In this document: positions 1 to 13,200 of the stretch, piece after piece
Numbering within the stretch: position 1 is the stretch's first letter
Layout of the letters: every line of letters starts with the position of its first letter
Source: Lytechinus pictus
Lineage: Eukaryota
DNA length: 64,000 nt
Direction: 5' to 3'
Assembly: GCF_037042905.1 (NCBI RefSeq)
Contig: NC_087251.1
Span: forward strand, 11,782,001 to 11,846,000
The notes under the pieces: model-generated
Told to the model about the DNA's origin: nothing
Database searches by the model: none
Seen by the model: the letters and a program-made list of their open reading frames with translations, nothing else
Made by a program: the position numbers and the translations under genes

Positions 1-1553
1 AAGCGATAGAGGCCCTACTGATTTCAAATTATCTTTTGCGAAGTCATCATGATTTCACGATATCGACGCCTTTAATCAGATTCAGTGGTTTATATCCTCT
101 AAATTTCGTGCGGTAAATATATCCAGATGGTTTAAGTAACTATCTTTTTCACTCTTAAAAACTTCTTGTATAATTTCCCTTCTTTTGCTTTTTTATTTTT
201 ACAATCTAGTTTATCGTGTTTATATCTCTTCACGTATAGTCTATTCGTCCATTACATACCCAAGACTATTATTTTAAACAAAGAATATAGCCCAAGAAAG
301 AGTAACAAATTTTATCAACACGACAGAAAATACATCACTTATATAGCGCGAAATAAACAGAATGTTTCTTTATGCGCCTTACAATAGAATACAAAAGAAT
401 ACAATTCATATTTTATATATTTCCATTTACAATTTTCTTTTCTATGTGCTCCTCCCAGTTGGGAAGAGCACTATTATCATCATATCATTACGTATAAATC
501 CCTGCTTGAGTCTACCCTCTATATCCCTCCCTCAGTCCACCCAGTTTTCTTCTCTTCTGTCTTTTATACACTGAATTCGTTATTATTGCGATCTTTATAT
601 CGAGCGGATTCGTTGTTTAAAGATAGATCTACCAACATAATGGCCTACTCTCAATCGAGAAACATCCAAATATTGACGAGGCTACGAGTGCCTGATAAAG
701 AGGGTTATATAACCAGATCGAATCAGTAAAGTAATCTAGTCTCAGTCTCGAAAATTTAAAGTGTATTTATCTCTGTCCGATTATTTATTTAATCTTTTTA
801 TGCATTTCAGTCTTATTTACTTCCTTTCTTTTTCCTTCTTTTTTGTTTTTATTCCCCCTTTCTATCTTCCTTTGCCATTTTTCCTTTTTCTTCCTTTCAC
901 ATTTTTTGTATCTTCCTCTCTCCCCGTCTTTCTTTTTTTTCTCTCATATATATTTTTTCTGCTCTTCTTTGGCTGTGTGATTGTATATCAAATGTAGTAC
1001 TAATTTTCTTATCCAATGAAAATGAATGTCAGTCATTTTTGTGTTATTAATTCGAACCTCTTTTTTTGACAAAATCTTATCCACGGAGCCTAAGAGTGGA
1101 ACAATTGCCTCATTGCCACCATGGCCTCGGTAATGTCAGGGCCAAGACCTCACTCAAATCAGTTTTAAATCTAGGGGCTTCTAAATCAGCCCTATAACCT
1201 TTGGCGGATATTTTTGTTTTCATTTTTTGTTTCTTCATGCGTTCCAAAAGTCATTTCGAGTTTGGAAACCCCCATTTGCAAGACAACCTCCATAAAAGTA
1301 CAAGAAACGCATCAACGGACCTTCCATCAATCCTCTAGCATTCTGTAGATGATCAAACGGTGTAACATCTACCAATCTGATATCAATTGTTATTTTTTCA
1401 TGCCTCACTGCATGTCTTGATACAAATAAAACTGTCTTTGTTGATCAAGTATTTGGGTTTGGAACATTAAGGAAACGGGATCTGTGCGGGTGGCGATACT
1501 GCATACGAATAAAGTTAAATCTGGTTCCTTTTTAAGAATGTTTTTATACAAAT

Positions 1554-1937
1554 TTAAAGAGGAAGTTTACGCTGATAATAAGTTGGTTTAATAAAAGCAG
1601 AAAAATTAGAGAAAATATTGGTGAAGGTTTGATGAAATTTGTATACAGAATAACAGAGTTATGAATATATTACAAGCATCCGGGCAAACATCTCCTCCAT
1701 GACATGTGATACAAATTCCCCCAATTTATTTCATGCCCCCTTCTGTAAGAGAAATCATTATTTTTCATCATAATCCAGTAAAAAATGGAAATTAATGGAA
1801 TTCATATTACATCCTATATGGGGAAGTCACAAATTAATACTTCAAAACTATTCTTTTTAATGGATTTTCATCATATCTTCACCGATATTTTCTTTACTGC
1901 TTTTATCAAAACCAACTTATCAGAGCTTCCCTTTCAA
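1554..1937. mobile_element. MITE with long imperfect TIRs (TTAA-AG type, Kolobok-like)
   Basis: TTAAAGAGGAAG..GATAATAAGTTGGTTTAATAAAAGCAG..ATATTGGTGAAG is mirrored by CTTCACCGATAT..CTGCTTTTATCAAAACCAACTTATC..CTTCCCTTT. Confidence 0.65.
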
Positions 1938-2097
1938 TACATCTCAATTGTTACAAGTATAACTGGCATACTATTAAAAACAAACCCTTTTCTTCTATCA
2001 TTATAAACCCCCAAGTCTATTCTATTCATAGCTCAAGGTGCATAGAGAGGTTGAAGTTTCGATGTCTTCAGGGAGGCTATTCCACATAGATTTTGTA

Positions 2098-2150
2098 ATA
2101 CTACTACTACTACTACTGCTACTACTACTATTACTACTACTACTACTAAT
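2098..2150. repeat. (CTA)n microsatellite, probably the tail of a reverse-oriented retroposon fragment (2150-2240)
   Basis: ~16 CTA units next to GGCTTTTATATAG..CTCAAAGCGCTTCACA. Confidence 0.8.
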
Positions 2151-3143
2151 TGGCTTTTATATAGAACTTTATCGATCTATGACTGCTCAAAGCGCTTCAC
2201 AATTGTTATTTCCTGGTCACTGGATTCATAGCTTTTAATATCAAATAAACTACAACTCTACTTTATGTCAAGAGTGTTGTGGCAGTGTTTATGTGCCACT
2301 TTTCAACCCTAGAACCCTGAAACATGTTTAGAAATAGATTTCTGCAAAATTACGTTTGCATTTCGTCAGAAGTAAAAGTAAACGTGTTTCAAATCAAACA
2401 TGAAAAATGGAAATAGTGGCGTTTGTAAAGACGTTTCTGTAGAAACATGTTAAAAGATGTTGAATAAACGTAACAGTGATTTGAATCATGATTCTATGAC
2501 GTCATTGTTCATGCTATACTACGCTTAGCCAATGGCATTCTTTGCTTTCACTTCACACATTAGCAGTATAAATTGTTGGGAAATTAATATTGCCCTTTCG
2601 CAATTAAACGCAATTTAGCATTGGCTAGGCTTGAAGTGAGGGAGGAACGGCATTGGAATGAGGGTTGACTAAACCCAGATTCAGAAGTAACCATAATTTA
2701 TGTTTGTGTTTTGAATCATGAGGTTGCATAAACACAATCCATTATCTCCCCAACATCACTCTAAAACTACTGAATGCTCAACACAGACACATAATAAACT
2801 CATGCTAAAAACTTGTTACATGAATTTCACATCATTTAAGTTTATATTTTCATATCTAACATAGAATGATGATTGGAAGCATACTAATTTGCTGCATAAA
2901 CAAAAGTACTACTTCACTTTAACATTTGATCATGTAATTTTCTACAGGACAAAGAAATCAATGTAGAGTAATATTTAAAATACATATATGAATTATATAT
3001 ATATCTATATATATATTTGCTAGCATGTTAATCCGGCAACAAAACTTTTGAGAAAAGGGCAGTTGGGAAAAGGATTAACTACAACTCAGCTATTGTAATT
3101 GCAATGCTTCTTTGTCTATCATCCATTTATGGGGAGGGGGGGG

Positions 3144-3415
3144 GGGCATCGTGGTCAAGGGGTTAGGACTCTTGTCTTTCAATCTGAGGGAAGTGGGTTT
3201 GATTCTAAGCCATGGCATGTTTTCCTTCAGCAAAAATTTTACCCACATTGTGCTGCACTCAACCCAGGTAAAGTCAATGGGTACCTGGTAGGAATTTATT
3301 CCTTGAAATGCAGCTGCTGTGCTGAAGCCAGGGTAATTATGCTGCACTACTGTAGAGTGCTTAGAGACTTCTGATAAAGTGTTATCAGCCATAAAAGCAA
3401 CTATTTTTTTTTTCT
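3144..3415 (+). mobile_element. tRNA-derived SINE
   Basis: A box TGGTCAAGGGG, B-box-like GGTTTGATTC, conserved core CTCAACCCAGGT..ATGGGTACC; a second partial copy lies in reverse at ~48660-48835. Confidence 0.8.
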
Positions 3416-4081
3416 TTCTTTCAAATACAAAGAAGTGATCAATTTTATGAAAAAGATTAAATAAGAAATATAATCTGGAATATCAGCCAATTTTCAGTCA
3501 GTGTTGTCACAACTACTATCAACGGGATAAGCTAATTCACTATCATAATTTGTATCTAATCAATTCTATTTGTTATTACATTATTTGACAGAATGCATTC
3601 ACATCCATGGGGAAATACAAAAAAAATATTGCACTTTTTCTAGTAATGAATTGTACATATGGAAATAAATGTCGAACTATACAGGTGAATGGATAGCCAT
3701 TAGTAATTACAGTTGAAATTCAGTATAACTATGTTTTTTTTAAACAATGTTCTTGTGTAATCTACATGTATTTGGGATATCAAAGTGACTGCATTTTGCA
3801 GTTTGGCCCAGTAACTTTTGATGTAGAGCCATAAAACTCATCTCACACAGAACTCATGAAAAGAAAAGAGCTGAAAAAATATACACATACTTTATCTTTG
3901 TTCCATTTCTTCATTTTGGGATCACAGTTTTTTTGTTTTGTTCAAAAGTGATTTGACTCATTTAACAATATTTCTGCTATCTTGACTTGTGCTGGTAAAA
4001 TATTGAATGGTATGCTCATTATTTACAAATATGTACATTTTGTATTATATGTTGTCTTACTAATGTGATAATAGCAATCCC

Positions 4082-4655
4082 TTAAAGGACAGTCCACTCC
4101 AACAAAAAGTTGATTTGAATAAAAAGAAAAAATCCAACAAGCATAACACTGAAAATTTCATCAAAATCGGATATAAAATAAGAAAGTTATCACATTTTAA
4201 AGTTTCGCTTAATTTCACAAAACAGTTATATGCACATCCTGGTCTGTATGCAAATGAGGAGACTGATGATGTCATCCACTCACTATTTCTTTTGTATTTT
4301 ATTATATGAAATATTCTAATTTTCTCCAAATTCCTCCCTGAACATGTGGAATTAGCATTAATACTATAGGGTTCAGTCAAGTTGGTCCTTTATGTCAAAT
4401 TTGTAAAAAGTGAAATATTGTATAATTCCAACAATAACAAACAAAAGAAATAGTGAGTGAGGGACATCATCGACTATCTCATTTGCATGTCACTCAGTTG
4501 TGCATATCACTGTTTTGTGAAAAATAATTGAAACTTTAAAATGTCAAAATTTCTTATTTTACATCCGATTTTGATGAAATTTTCAGTGTTATGCTAGTTT
4601 GATTTTTCTCTTTTTATTCAAATAAACATTTTTCTTGGGTGGACTTGATCTTTAA
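4082..4655. mobile_element. MITE, TTAA-flanked, ~120-bp TIRs (Kolobok-like); copy 1
   Basis: TTAA|AGGACAGTCCAC...GCATAACACTGAAAATTTCATCAAAATCGGAT is inverted at the right end, which ends GTGGACTTGATCT|TTAA. Confidence 0.8.
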
Positions 4656-5608
4656 TAATTCTGCTGTTTAATGGCATACAAGTAAGACAACAGACATCAA
4701 TATAATGAGGCCCTAGTACATGGAAATTACCAGGGGAATTTGATATACTTATTTTGAATTCTTTGTAATGTGTTAGTTTCATTCCTAAAGAAATGGATCT
4801 GAAATACAATCTTTAATTTGAATACACATCATTCACCACCATAATCTCTCGTTAAAAAAAAAGGTATATGCTCAAACATAAGAAATGTCCCCGTGGTAAA
4901 GTCATAAAGAGCTGTCCCAATTGGGATAACATTATAGTAAACTCTAAGTAAGGAGATAATGGCAAGATTAGTCTTCTTTAACTAAACACGAATGAGTACA
5001 AGGTCATATATTACCTCTCCATGGCATATACATGTTATGTAATATGAATTGAACTCGCTTCTTAGCTTTGTGTACTGGCCTTGTTTAAAAAAATTTGTCA
5101 TCAATGACAAAACAACACAAGTTTTTGAAAATGTTGCCCTTGGCCACTCAAATTGCAGGATTTCAGTAGCTTGTAACAAACATTATGAACAATTTAAAGT
5201 TGGGTCAGTAAATTGGGAGACCACTTTTCTACCTAATACTGCTTTGTTCACATTTTGCTATGATTGATTAGTCTTAATATCATTTTGAGGGGGGTACATT
5301 CACATTATTTACAACCATTATCAGATTTCATGAGTAGGGTATGATGGAGGACCAAAGACAAACCATACAGAGGCCATACAGAGATCATTCAAATATTGTA
5401 AAATGCCCCTGCGCTGAGTGTACGATAACCCTGTGCTGATCGCAGAATGCATGTATATGGTACGATGGTGATGCCCCGTGCTGATTGTATATTGCTCCTA
5501 TGACATGCCCTTATAACGTGTCTAAGGTCTTATGATTTTGAAAAATTTGTATAACTCCATGCTAATCATAGATCCTACAATGATCGTGAATCTGTGCAAA
5601 ATCACATG

Positions 5609-6087
5609 ATCATCATACACCACCCTTAGGTGATTGAACGATCATCATACACCACCCTTAGGTGATTGAACGATCATCATACACCACCCTTAGGTGATTG
5701 AACGATCATCATACACCACCCTTAGGTGATTGAATGATCATCATACACCACCCTTAGGTGATTGAATGATCATCATACACCACCCTTAGGTGATTGAACG
5801 ATCATCATACACCACCCTTAGGTGATTGAATGATCATCATACACCACCCTTAGGTGATTGAACGATCATCATACACCACCCTTAGGTGATTGAATGATCA
5901 TCATACACCACCCTTAGGTGATTGAACGATCATCATACACCACCCTTAGGTGATTGAATGATCATCATACACCACCCTTAGGTGATTGAACGATCATCAT
6001 ACACCACCCTTAGGTGATTGAATGATCATCATACACCACCCTTAGGTGATTGAACGATCATCATACACCACCCTTAGGTGATTGAAC
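5609..6087. repeat. Minisatellite, 32-bp unit x15
   Basis: ATCATCATACACCACCCTTAGGTGATTGAAYG repeated head to tail with no spacers. Confidence 0.97.
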
Positions 6088-6311
6088 AATCACCCTACAG
6101 GAACCTACAATGATCATAGACCAAATGTAAAATGGGGAATTAGCAAATGATCATACAATTAATCATTAACGATGGATAGTACACAATCAGCAATTCAATC
6201 ACTCATAAAAAGCAGTCCATATCAATCAATATGCTTTTACAGGACCCAAGGGTGCATTTGGTGTTGTAAACCATGTCAAATCCCTTAAACAACCTGCAGA
6301 ACCTTGGTTAT

Positions 6312-6733
6312 TTTTTCAACTATTTTGCTTGCCTGTACAGTAGACATCATGCTTTAAAAAGTTTAAGTAAATGCAGTCTCATGAAAAACAAGACCTTGGA
6401 ATCTTCATACTCACTGTGGTACTATCACTCAATGCCATACAAGAGCAAAATGACTCCAGTTGTCATATGAATCTAAATCTCTACTGTACTTCAGTCTTTC
6501 TGGGTAAGCTCTTCAAGCCTTATTCTTTCAACTATTTTGTGTGCCTGTAGCGAAGACAGCATGCTTTCAAAAGTTTAAGTAAATGCAGCCTTATCGGAGA
6601 ACAAGACCTCAGAATCTTCATACGCACTGTGGTACTATCACTCAATGCAATACTAAAAGATCAATGACTCCAGTTGTCATATGAATCTAAATCTCTACTG
6701 TACTTCAGTCTTTCTGGGTAAGCTCTTCAAGCC
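6312..6733. repeat. Tandem duplication of ~212 bp downstream of the ACTR10 stop
   Basis: TTCAACTATTTTG...AAGCTCTTCAAGCCT occurs twice, and the right-hand ~70 bp of the two copies is identical. Confidence 0.9.
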
Positions 6734-7024
6734 TGCTCTTCAGAAAGCTTGCACAGAAATAGGAAAATGCAACCTATATTGGAAAGGTTCTCCTTAGCCA
6801 GGGGGTTGCTAAATTTAGTTTCAATCTATACATTCATTCCCTGTGCCTTTGATTTCTTAAGGTGACTTGTATAAAACCAAAAGTTCCAAAGAGTATTTGT
6901 ACTTTTATTTCAAGGACCACAAGATCTTCTGTTCCTTCCTCGTCCTGGTGTCTTTTGATTTGCCAGCCACATCTCAAAAGAAAACACATATGCAGTCTTA
7001 AGAATTACAAGTGTCACTTCAATT

Positions 7025-7230
7025 TCATTTCTCTGGGGTGCCTTTGGCCTCACCATGTGGCTTCCGCAATCCTAGTGATTTTAATGGTGTCTTGTCCTTG
7101 GCAGCAGATTGCTCAACTTCTGTGACAGCTGGTAACAGAGAGCACCAGTCAGGGACAACCTCCGTCTGCAGGAAAACATCCCTTGTTAATGACCGGTAGC
7201 TCAGAACCTCCAAACCTCCAAATATGGCTC
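7025..7230 (-). CDS. ACTR10: ACTR10 last coding exon (GAIFGGLE...GTPEK*)
   Basis: CAG acceptor, TGA stop at 7027-7025. Confidence 0.94.
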
Positions 7231-10200
7231 CTGTCAAATGAACATATATATCAATAGTAATGATGGCGGATATCTCTTGTAAACAGAAGGTATCATACAT
7301 CTAATTTAGTATATACTAGATGGATTCTTGACTGCATGTATTCAAAAATTTTCCTCATTCAACGCCTAATAAACAAAGTAGTAAACATTTTGAAATAATG
7401 AGCTCTGTGTCCTGGACCATGTGAAGAATCATGTAATCAGACCAATGTCCCTCTTATATACATACATGAATCAGATTTGAAGTAAATACTAATGACTAGT
7501 TAGTCACAATAAACACAATTCATATGAAAATAAAATTATACGTTCATTAACTCTAAATGACATTTGAACTTGATCATGTGACCTAAGACTTGTGCAAGAT
7601 GATCAGTGATACTTATTATGTCCACATTTAATGAACTACATCCATAAACTTTTAGTTATGATGGAATTTCAACAAATACCCCCAACACGGCCAAAGTTCA
7701 TTGACCTTCGTGTGACCTGAAACTCACAGGATGTTCAATGATACCTGATGTCCAAGTATAATGAACTAAATCCATATACTATCAAAGTAATGATATTTCA
7801 AAAACTTAACCTTGGATAAGATTTTGTTGTTGACCCTAAATGAGCTCTGACCATGGTCATGTAACCTGAAACTTGCACAGGATTATTTTATGTCCAAGTT
7901 CCATGAACTAGATCCATAGACTTTAAAAGTTATGATGGCAATTTAACAAATACCCCAACATGGCTAAAGTTCATTGATTCTACATGACCTTTGATCTTGG
8001 TCGTGTGACCTGAAACTCAGGCAGAATGATCAGCGATAAAACATCACCCTTACAATTACATAAACTAGGTCCATATACTTTATGACGACATGTTAAAAAC
8101 TTATCCTTCGTGAAGATTTTATATTGATCCCCTAACATAGTGTTCATTGACCTTAAATTACCTTTGACCTTGGTCATGTGACCTAAAACTCAGGCAAGGT
8201 GTTTAGTAATACTTGATTACCTTAATGTCCAATTTCATGAACTAGGACCATATAACATGACATTTCGAAAACTTAACCTTGGGTAAGATTTCAATGTCGC
8301 AGCCGCCGCCACAGGAAAAGCGGTGTGTATAGTCTCGCTCTGCTATGCAGGCGAGACAAAAATGAGCGTTATACCATTATTGTGATTTTCATCACATTAT
8401 CATATCATTAATACATATTATCCTTGTTCACATGGAGGATAATAATGTTGTTAAAGAATTATAACATCATCATGGGATTGCCTAATTACCTCCTAGCCAT
8501 GCTGTAAAGTAGGCCTGAGCTGGTGGGGAATGTACTTTGAATGTCGAGATGGCTAGACAGTCCTTGTACTTGGGCTTAGTAAGAAGCTGCTTTAACTCAG
8601 CAAGAAGCCGATGGGAGAACCCTGGCAACAGAGAAGTGCCTCCAATGAAGACTAGGTTATCAGCAAGAGGTTTCCGCATGTCAATTGGACACTGTCAGAG
8701 ACACAAGAACAGATGGGAGAGATGTTTCATATGGTCAATCTCAGGGATAAATTCAATTGTTGGTAGGCTGTTATAACTTTATGCTTGTATCTCACAACAT
8801 AACCTGAGGGCAGTGCAGAAAAAGATATTATAATCGTATTGTCAGAAAAAAGTCTCCTGATTCCTAATGAGAACTCTTTAAGAACGACTGGCGAACCTTC
8901 TTACGCACTAAATAATCACCAACATTAAATGGTGAATATCATTTACCACAAGAAAGGATTACCAGTCATTCTTAAAGTCACTTTTAACTTACAGACAGCT
9001 TTATGAAACGGGATATCAGCACTTTTATAATGAAATGATCATAATAAATAACAATGCATCAGCTGTACATATTATTCCAGTCATCAAATTCTGGCTTGAC
9101 TTCACAATATGAATGTACTTTTTCCACTCCATGGGGAACATTAATGAGAGTCCAGACTTGACTAACCTTAAGTATAGAGTCTAAGACAAGCGTTGCAATA
9201 GACTGTTCATCACTATCCATTTCAAAGAGAACTTCACAAGCTATCTCTCTAGTTTTACCATCAATGGTCAACGTTCTACCTCCATTCAGTGGGTATTCAA
9301 CAGACGCAGCAGGGCTTGGCCACTGGGAAAGAAAAGGACACAAAATGAATTGAAGAACTTTTATTTGAAGGTTTAACTAATGCATGAATAGCTTTGACAA
9401 TAAATGAATTTTGTCTATAAAATGCATACGTTGGTATCAATAATGCCTGTAGTATTTTCATTCGTTAGATATAACACAAAAGAGCAATGAGCATAAACTG
9501 CAGTGCTAAAGGGCAAAATATTGTACTGGGAATCAAAACCTTGACTTTCATGTGCAAAGATCAGTCAGCTCTTTAAATCATCTGATTGGATGGGCTCTTT
9601 AAACTAGTTTGGTGATTTCTACATGATAGAACGTCTCCATTATAATCACTATACAAGATATTCAGTCCTGTTTCATAAAAACTGTTATAAATAGCAAAGG
9701 CCAGAATTAACAAATTCTCTCTCTGCACATTAATCCTTTTTCCAGCTTTTAACCCCTTAATGGGACCAAATTTCACAAAACAGGATCCAGGGAAACATTT
9801 AATAAATGAAGCAACTTGTAGGAGTTACAAGCTGCTATTAAAAATCCTGGCATGTGATTGAATGAGAGCAGTTTTGTCAGTGAAAATTGCTGACAAGATG
9901 CTTCATGGAACAGAGCCTAGGTGTTTTCACCTACCTTACTATCATCTCCCTGGAGTATACTCTGTTGAATGGATGTTGCTCTCTCCATATTGGTCATGAA
10001 ACACGTCCTTACTGTATGCAAATACAATTGATAATGATTTGTAAAGTCATCAATGTGGTTGGTAATTGGTGTAAAAATCAAACGAAAAATGCATACTGTG
10101 TATTACATTTTTTCAACATAATGATTAAGAAATTGATGATAATGGAAAGCAGTTGATCCATTAAGACTGTGGAAGGATTTTTAAACAAAATTTGCCATTC

Positions 10201-13200
10201 CGTATGCATTCTAAGTGCAGACCAATTACTCTGAACATGAAAAAAACAGCTATTTTGATGCCCGGGATTTCTATTTTTGGCACAAAATCGTGATGAAAGT
10301 TGGCATGCAACTCATTACTTTTTCACAGAAAGTAGACTTTTATAAACTGGATTACATCTTAGTTATATGACCTTTTATTGATGATGGCAATTTGAGACAG
10401 ATTTGTTATCTGAAATGAAACATATCAGCCCCTCCCATTTTTTCACAATATCATAAGAAGTGAAATGTATCATATATTCCTTCAAATATGTCTATGTCAC
10501 AAGATTTCAATACCACCACTCTCTTGATATCTTGTAGTCCTTCCACAGATTATGTTTACTTACCTTTGATATCTTCTAAGACATCAGCTGGAATGCTGTC
10601 CATGACAGAAGACAAAGGTTTATGTTCTTCTCCATTCTCCCTAATTGTCCCTGTCTCCTTTAGCTGCCTTTCCAGGTTCCTGAAAGAAAGAAAAAAATAT
10701 CCATGATATTAATGGTCCAGTTAATTCATAAAGTGCTTGAATCAGTGCTCATTGAGTACTATATAGAGCAGTTTCAGAAGATGTTACAGTGGAAGGCATA
10801 ATAATGGAAAGGCTGTACATTAGACTGTAAAGACACTGATTCATCAGGGTTTGATGCACATGTTTCATTGTTTGTCCTCTAACATGTCTGCTTGTGGGAA
10901 CTCTCTTTTACCCACATTCTAATTAGCAATTACCTCTTTATACAAATCATGTCCCTGCAGTGTACACCCTGAGACGATGCCCCCCTACCCTGACCCGGAT
11001 GACTGAAACCGGCATTGTGTGTTCACTTACCCCTCCCTTGTATTATAATCAAAGGTTATTTTACAGAGGAAAACATCGTGTACCTCAGACAGAACATTAA
11101 ATTGGGGCCCAACGTAGAGGAGAGTCACCGATTTTGCATTTTAAGGGGCCCGTTGCATATTAGAGTTTAAATCAAACGCACTGCTAAAAATCATAAGCAA
11201 CTTAATAATCCAAAAGCATGCCTTCGAAACTTGTGCTTGATATTTTGACTTGCGTTTAAATGCAACTCTTTCTGCAACAGGCCCCAAAACCCGCTGCACT
11301 AATCGTATAAGAGTAGGGGGAACATGGTGTAGTGGTCCACCTCTACACCCCAATCAGTTACAACTAGAGAGACCAACAGGTCAGTGATGCAGTTTGCTAT
11401 TCACCTCCAAGGCACAGGTGACACCAAACAAAATAATGATAAAAAGAGCTGAGGAATATAGCAATTCCTCTCAAGATGGTTGCTCACTTACTCATGGATT
11501 GCTTTGCCACCGAGAGGTAATGACTCTACAGCCTTGATGATTGGGTAGCCTTCATAAATGTGAATAAATCATATTGTGTCAAGGAGAAATTGACATTCAT
11601 AGACTCTATGCCGATAAGGTTATCAGTTATGCACAACTTCATATGGTCAAGAATGTTATATTGTCTGCTTTATAAAAAAAAAAGCTTTATTAAAAGCTTA
11701 AAGTCTGTTGATTATCTATCTTGCATCAAATAATTGAAATTACATTGATGTCATAAAAACAATAGTTTTCAAAACCACTAAGTTACAAATTTATTAGCAA
11801 GCACTCATTATCAGCTAATTTTAAATTCAAGATGGATTTTATCTAAGGGTGATAATTAAAAACAATTATACAGAGTTTTATCTCATATTACATTCATGGC
11901 TTGAATATGAAGTGATTCCTGCATCTCGTAGCTGATCACTCCACCATATAAAAACAATACACATTGTCAAAAAGGATATTGGAAGAACAGTTGTTTCATT
12001 GTAGCCAGCATCAAGGACCAGTGCTGTATTGATCCCAAGTGTGAAGAGTGTGGTGAGATGTGATGGAGCAAATAATATTGAGGGCACCTGAAGTATCAAG
12101 AAGAATTATATCTACCATTCATGATTTAAGTTCAAATAACATCTACATGTTTTAAGTTATTTCAACATCATGATAAACTCAATTTGATTCATTCAATATG
12201 TAACATAACATGATAACTTTATGTTGCTGCCTAGACAACCACTTTAACTTTGTTTTCTTTTTCATCACTGTAGTGAAGACCACTTAATGCACACAGCAGG
12301 AATGTCAAAGAACTTGTAAATTACCATGCAATGTTTCCTAACAAAATCTAAATATTCATTTTTTTTTTTAAATTGAATACATTTTTATGTTTGTATTATA
12401 AGAGTATTTTTATTTTTTTAAAATTCTTTCCAATTATAATGAACGTACCCTGTCATGGTGTTCATGCATGTCAATATTACATTAAAAAAAGTTATCAAAT
12501 GTGATCTGGCTACACCATGACTCCTTAGTTGATTATGAAATGTTGTCAAATGCAGCATTTGTGAACAACAAATTGTAAAAAAAAATGGGCAGGGACATAA
12601 TAGAATGAGAAAAGTACATACCTCATATCTTTTGAAAAAGACTTTAGCAAGGGTTTGTCTGAACTGTGTAGGGCACAAGACAGATTCACAAACAACCACA
12701 CGGCGGTCTCTTGGATTTACTAATAAGTGCCTGAAATAGAACATAATATTGATAATTATTATTTAGATGTAGGATTTCAGAGGCGCAGATATTTTTTGAC
12801 GTCTTGCGAGGTTGTTTCAAAGAGACAAAATATTAAAACTGATTTTTAACGTGCATGCCTATGAAAACCATGAATATGAATATTTTGTCCCACCAACAAG
12901 CTTATCATTGGTTAATCAATGATCGTGCACATTAAGATATTGTTACGTCACAATAAAATTGCATTGCGTATTAGTTGCCAGGAGGTGTGGTAAAGGAGCG
13001 TCAATTTATTGAATTCAAATGCGCTTGCACTATACGCTAGCGCATCTTTACTTTATTACAGAGATTTCTTTTTTTTTCAAATGACAATACTCAGGCGCCA
13101 TGCTTATGATTTACAGGATTGCCATATATGATGGTTACTAAAAACATTTTTGTTTGTTTGCTTCATTACTTAATGTTTAGATTTGTGGGGGTATCTAAAT

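Noticed and set aside
5609..6087. CRISPR-like array (32-bp partly palindromic repeat)
   Set aside because: Units abut with no unique spacers, the context is eukaryotic, and there are no cas genes.
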